In this document: positions 53,088 to 64,000 of the stretch, piece after piece
How the letters are laid out: every line of letters begins with the position of its first letter
Position numbering within the stretch: the first letter of the stretch is position 1
Source of the DNA: Octopus bimaculoides
Taxonomy: Eukaryota
Reading direction: 5' to 3'
NCBI RefSeq assembly: GCF_001194135.2
Contig: NC_068984.1
Span: forward strand, 100,288,451-100,352,450
DNA: 64,000 bases
The notes under the pieces: model-generated
Told to the model about the DNA's origin: nothing
The model's database searches: none
The model's input: only the letters and a program-made list of their open reading frames with translations
Made by a program: the position numbers and the translations under genes

Positions 53088-53468
53088 GGCGCAGGAGTGG
53101 CTGTGTGGTAAGTAGCTTGCTTACCAACCACATGGTTCCAGGTTCATTCCCACTGCATGGCACCTTGGGCAAGTGTCTTCTATTATAGCCTTGGGCCGAC
53201 GAAAGCCTTATGAGTGGATTTGGTAGACGGAAACTGAAAGAAGCCTGTCGTATATATGCAGAGATATGTATGTATGTATGTGTGTGTGTGTGTGTGTGTG
53301 TGTTTGTCCTCCCAACATCGCTTGATAACCGATGCTGGTGTGTTTACATCCCCGTAACTTAGCGGTTCAGCAAAAAGAGACTGATTGAATAAGTACTAGG
53401 CTTACAAAGAATAAGTCAATTTGTGGTGCTCTAGCATGGCCGCAGACAAATGACTGAAACAAGTAAAG
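53088..53468 (+). mobile_element. SINE family A, near full length
   Basis: ggcgcaggagtggctgtgtggtaagtagcttgcttaccaaccacatggttccaggttcattcccactg... through ...gactgaaacaagtaaag. Confidence 0.92.
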
Positions 53469-54049
53469 ATAACCAGGGAAAGATGGAGATCCCTCAAGGC
53501 TCTGAGCTGCTCAAATAACCCCCTATCACTAATCAACTCAAAAGTTCATTCCACCTCTCTCTCAAACATACATAAGTGGTCTTCCTTCCTCCTCATCACT
53601 ACCATTCTTGATTCACCCTGTCCCGACTTCCTGTCTCAATACTACAGGGAGCGTATTCAAAGGTTACTAATAGCTGTGTATGTGTGTCCTATTCAAGTGA
53701 GATAGACCACCACTACCATATACATTCTCATTCAGCTGGCAAAAATGAGAAGTACTTGTATTTCAAAGGGCCAGCCTTGTCACACTGTCTCTCCGTGAAA
53801 GATACATTAAGGGTACACATGTTTGTGGAGTGCTCAGCCACATGCATGTTAATTTCATGAGCTGGCTGTTCTGTTGATTGGTTCAACTCGAACCCTCATT
53901 GTCATAACCAATGGAGTGACATATACTGGTGTAAGGAGTACTTTATAACTAGGATGGTAGTGCTTGTGATGAGGGATGGTAGCCTGTTGGAGGGGAAGAT
54001 GTGGGATACTACACAGCCTGTGGCTGTTGAGGGCTTAATAGTATTGTGG

Positions 54050-54420
54050 TGGGGGAACCATAGTGATAATGATAGATTATTGGTAGTGTGTAGTTTGACA
54101 ATAGTGATTGCTATAGAGTGTATGGTGGTGGTTGTGGTTAGTGGTGATAATAGTACTGAAGTTACAGAAAAGAAATTTTAGTGATAGTAATAGTGATGAT
54201 AGTGGTAATGATAGGGGTAGGGAGGCTGTGGTGATGATGATGATGATGGCAGTGATAGTGATGGTAGCAGTGTGGGTGATTGTGATTATGATTATAATGA
54301 TGGTGGTTGTGCTGGGGACACTAGTGGTTGTAGGGTGGGTGATAGTAAATGATGGCCGTTTTGATGATAGTAACAATGATGGTTGTGGTAGTGGTGACAG
54401 TGATGGTTGTTCATGAAACT
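54050..54420. repeat. Degenerate (GAT/GGT/AGT)n triplet low-complexity block; similar blocks at about 13960-14060, 29560-29800, 45590-45650, 48070-48180
   Basis: Imperfect triplet periodicity, giving spurious poly-M/V/T/I ORFs. Confidence 0.85.
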
Positions 54421-56774
54421 AGTAATAAGTTCTAATGGACAACTGGTATGGCAGCTAACACAGCACCACCACTACCAGACACACAATCCAGTTCAAACAT
54501 GACAACAACTATAACGAAACACAGCCAAAAGATTATTTCCTTTTTTGTTGATTTACTAATTCCTGAGTTTAAAGAGTGTGAAGGAGGTGGAGGACGAGAG
54601 AGGAATGAATGCAAATTACTGTAGTAAACCTGTGGAATGTTAAGCTGTTAACTTACTGCTGCATACATGTGTGTGTGTGTGTTTGTGGTGGAGCTAGGTG
54701 AGGGGGATCTTAAACAGCCTTCTATGTTAAATAATAACAATAATAATGATGATTTCAAATTTTGGCACAGGGCCAGCAGGTTCAGGAGAAGGGTAAGTTC
54801 ATTACATTGACCCTGGTATTCAACTGATACTCATTTTATTGACCCCGAAAGGATGAACAGCAAAGTCGGTGGAATTTGAACTCAGAATGTGAAGACAGAC
54901 GAAATGCTGCTAAATATTTTGCGCAGCATGCTAACAACTCTGCCAGCACAATAATAATAATGATTTATTTGCCACAAGGGTGTTGGATGGAAAGTTCATT
55001 ATAAAGACACCTTAGACAGTGTGGTAGTGGGGAAATGGAAGGCGATATGGATGATACGGTCTACTTGATAGAGAATGACCTCCATCTAGAACCAATAGGT
55101 GAATTCCAACAGAACCAAGATCACCATGACTATCAAAAGCAAGCACCCTATTCTAAGTGTTGCTCTGTTCAAACCCTTTTTGACAGTCATTCATCCAGCG
55201 ACAAATTCAACGGCGGAGAACATTTCATTACTTTCCCTTTTCCAAGTAGAACTTGAAAAGTTAAGGGTTTGACAGGAGAGGAAAGTTTCCGACTTTAATC
55301 TTTTCAGCATCACAGCAATAATAAAAACAATAATTATTCTTGAGTAAGGTATAAGGCAAGTAATTTTGAGGCAATGGGGGTGAGGTCTACTTGACTGGTA
55401 GTTTATTTTATCAACCCTGGAGGAATGAATAGCAAAGTTGACCTCAGTGGAATTTGAACTCAGAAAGTAAAGAACAGAAATAAATACTGCAAAGCATTTT
55501 TGCCAATGCTCTAATGATTCTGCCAATGATCTAATGATACTGAAAGTTCCAAACATATATATATATATAAGATCTGAAATTTGAGGAGAGGGATACAGCT
55601 AATTATCTCCCCACTCCAAGTACGCAATTAGCATTTTATTTTATTAACCCCCAGAAAGATAAAAGGCAAGATTTGAATAGCTACCACAGAGTAGTCCAGT
55701 CTGCCTAGCTGTAAATAGGTACCATGGAATAGTAGAGCCCTTCAAGCTGTATATAGGTACCACTCACTAAAACCTACAGTAGTACTATAAAATAAACAAG
55801 TTTTGTTTGCTCACATTACTGAATTTCCATTTGTGTTCTCAGTTCATCATGAAAAAACTGAACAACAAAGGCCTTGATTTTTTTCAGTTATTAGAGTTAG
55901 GCCTGCATGGAAATACTAAACACTTCAGCCCGCCACCTTCAGTTCTTATGATCCTGTATGATTATGGAAGCACTAGACTGCACAGTCCTGTACCAACTAA
56001 TTCTTATGGTCTTTATAGACACCAAACAAAGTTACTTATACACCCCTTCGGTTCTAAACCCACCAACTCCATATCACTATTGCTCATGTGAAAATGAATT
56101 AATGAACTGTTTTTTGTTGACACTTTGAAAGTATCCTCTTCTTACGTCAAAACTAACCTTTGACCTTGACAAAAGCCTGAAATGTCATGATCTCACCCAT
56201 ACAGCCCATTCCCTGGTTAATCTGAAGTTTCAAGCTCATGCAAGAAAATGAAAAATTTAAATGAAAAGACAAGATACACACGAAAAAAAATTTTTAATAT
56301 AAAAAAAGAAAACCCTTATCAATAAGTTGAATTGCAGAACTCAAAGTCAACAGAGACAATTCTAAAATTATCAGAAAACTTCATATGAAAATTCTAATTC
56401 CTGATCAGAGAATGAAATTCAAAATACTAATGTCATTGTACTTGCTTATGGAAAATTGATAAACTTGTGTCAAACAAATATTTCACACATTTAAAAACAA
56501 CTGAAGAATATATACTCAAACTATTAGAAATAGCAGGCAAATGTCCCGCAAATTATACACTATTATCTTAAAGAATGGACACAGTGACAGAAATGAAGAT
56601 GAGTTATACATGGCTGAAATGTCTGAACACAGACTTGCTCAACCAGGGCTGGCTTGGCGTTATAAAACAACAAAAGGAAATCCATATAACATCACCTAAC
56701 ATCTGCTCACAAATTTCTGTCTGTTACAAACTATTATTAATATATTAGGGCAGTGAGCCCTAATATATTAAAAA

Positions 56775-57735
56775 GGCAGTGAGCTGGCAGAATTGCTATT
56801 GTGCCACGCAAAATGTTCAGCAGCCTTTTGTTTGTCTATGTTCTGAGTTCAAATTCTACCAAGGTCAACTTTGCCTTTCATCGCTTTCAGGGGAGATAAA
56901 ATAAGTACCAGTTGAGCACTGGGGTCACTGTAATCAACTTAGCCCCTCCCCCAAACCTTGCTGACCTTGTGCTAAAATTTGAAGTCAGTATATTTAGGTA
57001 GTGGATTGGCAAAATTATTAGAACATGGGAAACAATGACTACCTATATTTCTTCCAGTTCTTTACATTCTCAAGTTCAAATCCTGTCGACTTTGTCTTTC
57101 ATGCTGTCAACTTTGCCTTTCATCCTTTTAAGGATCAATAAGAACATCAGTCTAAAACTAAAAAGACAATATAATCAACTAGCTCCAAATTTCAAGACAT
57201 GTGAATAATGCTTTGTAATATTTCTTTTGAATCTTAATGTTCTAAGCTCAAATCAAGTTGAGGTCAACTTTGCCTTTCATCTTTCCTGGGTTGATATAAT
57301 AAAGTACAATTAGTGTTGATAAAACTGCTGGCCTTAAGGTGGCAAGCAAACAAAATCATTAGCATGCTGGGCAAAATGCATAGCAGTGTTTCATCTATAT
57401 TTATGCTATGAATTCAAATTTCATCTAGGTCAACACTGCCTTTCATACTTTTGGGGTTGATGAAATTAGTACTAGTTAAGCACTGGAGTTGATATAATCA
57501 GTGTGTCTTGTCCTCCAAAATTTCAGGCCTTGTGCCCATAGCAGATAGAATTTGTTTTACTATTATTATAATTGTGGAAGCGAGTTGGCAGAACCATTAG
57601 CAAGCTGAGCAAAAAGCTTAGCAGCATTTCATCCATCCTTTTGTTCTGAGTTCAAATTCTGCCAAGGTCGACTTTTGATGAACTCAACTAGTGCACTCCC
57701 ACAAAATGTGAGGCCTTGTGCCTACTGCAGAATGA
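56775..57735 (+). mobile_element. Head-to-tail cluster of about 5 SINE family B copies (further decayed copies at about 58340-58700)
   Basis: Heads recur at about 56775, 56997, 57337 and 57577, and gtcaactttgcctttcatc cores recur at about 56865, 57108, 57263, 57429 and 57667. Confidence 0.8.
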
Positions 57736-59185
57736 AATATTATCATCATCATCAGCTTACTAGACAAATGCCTTCACTCACTAGCATTCAAGCCCCTTCC
57801 CGACAGATTGTTTTCCTCTCAGCCTCTGTAAACACTACTGCAATGGTCTCAGAGGGTTATCACTGATTTGATTAAAGTCTGGAAGCCTCTACAGTTCTTC
57901 CTCATCACTTCACTTTTGCAGGGTATTCCAGCAACCCATTAAAAACTTTCATGAACAGGTTATGTCTTCATGGTAAATCAGTTCTGCTGAGCCCATCCCT
58001 CCTTAAGCTCTACAACCTAGAAATAGAGTTGAACTTAGCACTGTTGAATAACAAACACTCAACAACAGTAAATAAATTGATGGTCACCTGACTCATATTT
58101 ACAGTTAGGTGAACTGGGCTATATGACAGCTAAGTGCTTGAACTTTTTCTTTTTTCTTTCTCTCATTCCATATGCTGACTGTGGTTCTGTTACACATGTT
58201 TTGAATTATTATATCAAACATTTGCTGGTTAAAACTGAACCATGCCATCGATACCAAGTTATCCATAAATCTCACAATCTACCCCTGGCAAGGAAAGCTT
58301 GAAATAGCTATGAGTCTGTGCTCACACAAATAAGAGAAACTGATGTTTGTGGTCCTTGGTTATATTCCTTTATGTTCTGAGATCAGATCTTGCTAAGGTT
58401 GACTTCATCATTTATCCTTCATGGGTCAATAAAAAGCACCAGCCACGTACTGAAGTCTAACTTCTCTCTCTCTTCCAAAGATTTGCTTTTGTGCAAGAAA
58501 TTATTCTTCTTATTCTTCTAATTATTATTATATATGGTGGTGGAATTGATAGAGTACATGACAAAATATTTAGTTACATCTTCTTACATTCTGAGATCAA
58601 ATCCAGTTATGGTCAACTTTGATTTTCATCTTTCAGAGGTCAACAAAATAAGTAAAAAGTTTTGATTTATTGAACTGTGTCACTACCCACCACCTTGAAG
58701 ATTGGTCACGGTCCAGTGACAGATACAAGTGAGAGGATGAAATTTTAAAAAAAAAAGAGGTAATAAAAGACCAAATGCAAAAAGATCTTACAGACACAGG
58801 CATGGTTGTGTGGATGTAGAGTTTATGGAACCATATGGTTACAGGTTATAACCACTGCATGGTACCTTAAGCGATTATTTCCTTATAGATACAAGCTGAC
58901 CAATACTTTGTGAATGAAACTGACAGATGCTGTAATATATGTGTGCATCTGTGTGTGATCTGCACATCTTAGCATGACATTGTTTAAGCAAAACAGTGAT
59001 GCAGGGATTTATAATAAGTCTTGTAGCTCTGCACTTTCAACACCCAATGGAATTTAAAAAATCCCTTACTTGTAAATCAGACAAGAGCATGAAGGGCATT
59101 GTTAGTATAATATTATCATAAGTTTTAATTTAACTTATGCTAAGTCAGTCTTGATAGAGAAGACTATAATCAAGGACATTCCTAA

Positions 59186-59445
59186 TCCTTTAGCAATTAA
59201 ACCAATCATATCCAGTCAAAATAATCTACCTCTTTTATCTTCAGACTGGCCATATCCGACCAAAATAATTTACCTGTTTTATCTTGAAATCAGCCAGACC
59301 TGGCTTCTCACACTTACCCTACAATATTATTCTAAAAATAAACAATCACATCATCAAAATCTCAGAACAACAAGGTAATGCATGATTAATTCAAAACAAT
59401 GTGAATAAATATCACATTTGACAAAGAAATCTGAATGCTAAAGGG
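59186..59445. mobile_element. Second copy of the piggyBac-type MITE, with an internal ~45-bp duplication
   Basis: Shares the body (taccctacaatat..ttctaaaaataaacaatcacatcatcaaaatct...) and the right end AATGCTAAAGGG|TTAA with 8621-8840. The left end has decayed to ctaa|tcctttagca. Confidence 0.8.
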
Positions 59446-59454
59446 TTAAGACAA

Positions 59455-59510
59455 TACTGTGTGACTTGAGGAGAGCTGAATGGTATTTCTAGCAGGTAAA
59501 ACTACAACAT
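59455..59510 (+). repeat. Unclassified interspersed repeat fragment (family E, motif ~gtgatttgagggagatttggctgctatttctagc); related pieces at about 820-880(+), 13030-13075(+), 14160-14190(-), 16000-16030(-), 29300-29330(-), 38850-38900(+), 56525-56550(-)
   Basis: Recurrent degenerate motif on both strands. The class cannot be recognised from sequence alone. Confidence 0.5.
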
Positions 59511-59748
59511 ACAGGCTCCCTGAAATTGCAACATAAATAAGTGAAATGGAATTATTATTATTTGAGAATATTCATCTGTGTGAACAAAACTAGATTACCT
59601 GCTAGAATGTGTATATAGATTCCGTTATAAGTAGCACATGGAGTTAATAAAAAAAAAACATTTGAACATATCTGGGCAAGATCAAGAACTTCAGACCTAT
59701 GGGATCCAATCTGTTAAAATGCATATCTTGACTTTCAGATTTGTATTA

Positions 59749-59809
<61 letters not shown>

Positions 59810-60189
59810 NNNNNNNNNNNNNNNNNNNNNNNNNNNNNNNNNNNNNNNNNNNNNNNNNNNNNNNNNNNNNNNNNNNNNNNNNNNNNNNNNNNNNNNNNNN
59901 NNNNNNNNNNNNNNNNNNNNNNNNNNNNNNNNNNNNNNNNNNNNNNNNNNNNNNNNNNNNNNNNNNNNNNNNNNNNNNNNNNNNNNNNNNNNNNNNNNNN
60001 NNNNNNNNNNNNNNNNNNNNNNNNNNNNNNNNNNNNNNNNNNNNNNNNNNNNNNNNNNNNNNNNNNNNNNNNNNNNNNNNNNNNNNNNNNNNNNNNNNNN
60101 NNNNNNNNNNNNNNNNNNNNNNNNNNNNNNNNNNNNNNNNNNNNNNNNNNNNNNNNNNNNNNNNTATATATATATATATATATATGTAT

Positions 60190-60515
60190 ATCCCAGTACT
60201 TACTCTTTATAAGTCTGGTACTTATTCTATCGTTTTCTCTTGCCAAACCGCTAAGTTATAGGGAAGAAAACACACCAGCACCTGTTGTCAAGCAGTGGTG
60301 GGGGACAAACACAGACACAAAGATACACATACATAGACATATATATGCATATATATGATGGGCTTCTTTCAGTTTCCATCTATCAAATCCACTCACAAGG
60401 CTTTGGTCGGCCCGAGGCTATAGCAGAAGACACTTGTCAACGATGCCATGCAGTGGGACAGAACCTGGAACCATGTGGTTGAGAAGCAAGCTTTCTACCA
60501 CACACCCACATCTGT
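60190..60515 (-). mobile_element. SINE family A (3' end lost in gap)
   Basis: gtacttattctatcg...ccgctaagttat...caaatccactcacaaggctttggtcggcccgaggctatag...gaaccatgtggtt. Confidence 0.88.
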
Positions 60516-60520
60516 GCATA

Positions 60521-60569
<49 letters not shown>

Positions 60570-62949
60570 TATATTCATGGATTAAGAAGTTTATTTTTCA
60601 AGTGTGAGGTCTTGAGTTAAATCCTATGGTGTATGTATGTGTGTGTATACATGTAATACACAAGCGCAGTGGTGAGTCTGCTTTATGGAAAAAAGTTTAT
60701 ACTGGGTATAATTAACCTAAGTAAATTAAAATCATTTTTCTTCTTCAAAAACAGATATTCAGTCAGGTGGGTGGGTTCAACAAGCAACTGATTTGAGAGC
60801 AATAACTCTAGGTTCAATGGCTTTTAGAAAAAGTATATAAATTCTAAAATTTTCACACTCCTCCTGACCTTCTACATTGTTCATGACATATACATGTTAA
60901 TACAAATACAACAAACATAAAACAAGAGATACAAAACAGTAACACACACACATATATATACATACAACAGCACCACACACAGACATGACAGTAACACAAA
61001 CACACACACACATACAGCAGCAGCATCATAAACACACAGCATACTTAAATACATTGCACACAGTAACATCAGTTACAGAGCTTCGTTATTAAGAACGACA
61101 AGACAAGGTTTGTATGCACCAGCATGCAACTACTAATGTGCAGTATAAGGAAAACTAGTCTTCCAATAAACTAATTTAAAAGATTGGCTCTAGAGGTGGC
61201 TATAGTTATAGTCAATAATATAGTTTTAAGTTAGGTGTTTATAGTCAACAATATGGCTTTATAGGTTGGATACAATAAATAGAATAGCTTTATGTGGTGG
61301 GTTTAGAATGAAGTGAAATATAACTTAATTTCTAATTTAGGCTCAAAGAAGGAGGATGCAGTCAATCAAATCCAGGTTAACTGGTTTTTGATTCTTATTT
61401 CATTGACTGCTGAAAGGAGTCTCAATGACAGACAAAAAATAGAATAATAGAAAGGTGCTAGAAATAGAAGAAACCTAATTGTTTTTAAAAAGAACATATT
61501 AAACAATGTAGTCCTGGATACACTGTGTATTTGATCAAGAGACAGAATGATCATAGCTGGAACAACTTTGATAACAGTCTGTTGATTCAATGTTGACTTG
61601 GGAGCGAATAACAAAGAACACAAATAATCAATTATATATCTATTGATTAAAACACAGTAGACTGATGACAGATGGAATACCTCTGATCACAAATCTGTTC
61701 GATGAGGGTTGATCTAGGGGTTACTTAACAACACAGAAGGAAGAAAGGCAAAATAAAACCTAGAGAAATTTCAAATTAGAACACAAGCCCAAATATTACA
61801 AGGTGGTTTACTTGCCAAGCTCCACTGTCTGCTTTGGCATGGTTTCTACAACTGGATACCCTACATAATGCCAACAACATTAGAATGTACTGTGTGTTTT
61901 TATGTGGCACCAGCATCCATGAGATCACCAAGTAACTTGCAAGACAAGACCCCCCTCAACTGAATAAATAATAATTGTTAACATAAGGTGGCAAGCTGGC
62001 AGAATCATTAGTATGCTGGGCAAAATGCTTTGTAGCATTTTTACATTCTGAATTCAAATTCTGCCAAGGTCAAATTTACCTTTTATCCTTTCGGGGTTGA
62101 TAAAATGAGTATCATGATTTAGTTCTCCTGATCTCATGTTAGTCAAAGATAAGGGTGGTGCTCCTTTTCTGAGGAGGGGAAATTCATGTCCAGTAGAGAT
62201 CTTCCAGTTTCTTATTTACTTAAGAGAACAACAGGATGTTTTCACATCATCAGCAATCTCCACAGTTAAGGCTTTCAAATGCATAACTGTAAATTTACCA
62301 ACATTATACATGGTTTCAGGTATTCTGATTTACACTTTCTTCTCTAATTCCCTCTCCCTTCTCTCCAAATACACTCATATACATAGAGAGAGACAGAAAG
62401 ACAGACAGACAGATACATACACCTATACATATACACACAACACCTGAGAACAAGTACCACTGACCAAGGCCACCTGTTATCAATTACTTGTTATAAACCA
62501 TTGAAATGTTTGTCATTAATAGCTGCTGATACCAGCATGACCAAACAGGTGTTAAACTGTTGATGACTGATTGAACAGACGTTTGCAAATGGTTAAAAGA
62601 TGAGTTGCACAGCAAAAGACCTATCCTGCAGTGTCAGGCAAATATACACTCCACATATGTCTACACTACCAACCATTTTCTACATTCCAGAAGTCCAGAT
62701 TGTCAACCACACTCTACATACAACATGCCAACTACATTTTAAGTAACACAACAAGCAATGACAAAAATGATATAAAAGATCTTGGATTTGGTAAAAATAC
62801 AGTATAAATACAGTATTTAAAGCCTATGATCAATAGAACAGGCTCTATTTATACTATAACTATCCAATCAGCTACCTCAGAGTCCAAGGATTAGTTTTAC
62901 TCACTGTCCAATCAGCTACCTACATCTACATGAATTTCTTTTTTAAATG

Positions 62950-63350
62950 CATTCTTTACCTTTTACTTGTTTCAGTCGTCAGCTTCCACCTATGCTGCAT
63001 TATCACCTTGAAGGGTTTAGTCAAACAAACTGACCTCAGCACTAATTATTAGAAAGTCTGGTACTTATTGTATCAGGCACTTTTGCCAAGCCTCTAAGTT
63101 TTGAGGACATAAACGAACCAAGATGGGCTTTCAAGCAGAGGCGGGGCACAACAAAGACACACAAACACACATATGCATGTCTATATATATACACACACAA
63201 TGGGCTTCTTTCAATTTCCATTCACCATATCCACTCACATGGTTTTGGTCAGCATGAGGCCATAGTAGAAGACACCTGTCTAAGGTGCCATGCAGTGGGA
63301 CTGAACCCCAAACCATATGGTTGGGAAGCAAGTTTTTAACCACACATCCA
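62950..63350 (-). mobile_element. SINE family A, older full-length copy
   Basis: Colinear with the family A reverse complement, with many CpG->TpG changes. Confidence 0.82.
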
Positions 63351-63396
63351 TGCCTGTAAGGTCACTAGAAAATGTCTCTGAAGTTAGTTTGACAAA

Positions 63397-63428
<32 letters not shown>

Positions 63429-63661
63429 TGCGTGCGTGCGTGTGCCACAAATCCTTATGACTACTACTACATTGTCATCTAATGTAACAGTAACCCATGA
63501 GAATAATAACATCATTGTTATTATTGTTCAGTAGAAAACTATATACAGCAGACTTTTCCGGTGAAGCTGTCTTTATATAAACACACCCAATCTATTCTGA
63601 CACAGAAGTTTTGGTAGCAAAAGAAGCGAGCCAGCCATTTACAAAAGGGAGAAAAACTCAC

Positions 63662-63703
63662 AAAATGCTAATGTAAAAATGTAGCAATGTAGACTTATAA
63701 AAC
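63662..63703 (-). other. Candidate 42-nt exon (coding or 5'UTR)
   Basis: ctatttattcattttgcttcag|GTTTTATAAG...GCATTTT|gtgagt: good acceptor and donor, with two open frames. No other support. Confidence 0.22.
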
Positions 63704-64000
63704 CTGAAGCAAAATGAATAAATAGATAGAGAAATTGACTATGTTTGGGCTAAATTTATCTTAAAATTAGATGGGTATTTTTTCAAAGATTACAAAATGT
63801 AGTATTGGTGATGGTTGCAGAGCTAGCGATGGTTGTAGTGTTAGTTGGTGCTTGATATAGATCAGTGGTTCACAAGCAGGAACCAATATAAGGTTTTGTT
63901 GTTGAAATTTATGCGCAATAAATTTGGTTATACTCCTACAATACACAAAATATTTTAACAATTTGTTTTATACAATTCCTAATAATACTTAATTATAGAA

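Noticed and set aside
53088-53165. tRNA-like A/B-box sequences
   Set aside because: These are SINE heads, present in many copies with SINE bodies, not tRNA genes.
56775-57735. Regularly recurring ~200-bp units considered as a CRISPR-like or satellite array
   Set aside because: The units are divergent whole SINE copies, without short identical repeats or unique spacers, in a eukaryotic context.

Overview
AT-rich eukaryotic scaffold DNA, densely filled with microsatellites and interspersed repeats, with seven N-gaps. The SINE families and RTE-type LINE tails match those I know from Octopus, so the source is probably a coleoid cephalopod (inference, no search run). There is no prokaryotic content, CRISPR array, or rRNA/tRNA gene. 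One real protein-coding gene is visible, on the minus strand, with large introns. I can assemble a phase-consistent model from five exons: 39121-39043 (5'UTR plus ATG at 39053), 35043-34926, a 15-21 nt microexon at 33990-33976, 21397-20612 (786 nt) and 10966-10906. The model encodes about 330 aa of a mostly disordered, N/D/K/S-rich, probably nuclear protein. I do not recognise it, and I could not locate its 3' end. The rest of the window is transposon landscape: several tRNA-headed SINE families, RTE LINE fragments (old and very young), an R4/Dong/HERO-like REL-endonuclease 3' end, a long-TIR mariner deletion derivative, two piggyBac-type MITEs and a Helitron 3' end. Most ORFs in the supplied track are microsatellite, gap or chance artefacts. 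I see no convincing new biological system. The best leads are the microexon with three tandem acceptors, the long-TIR mariner carrying a splice acceptor, and inverted SINE pairs that could be ADAR or circRNA substrates.
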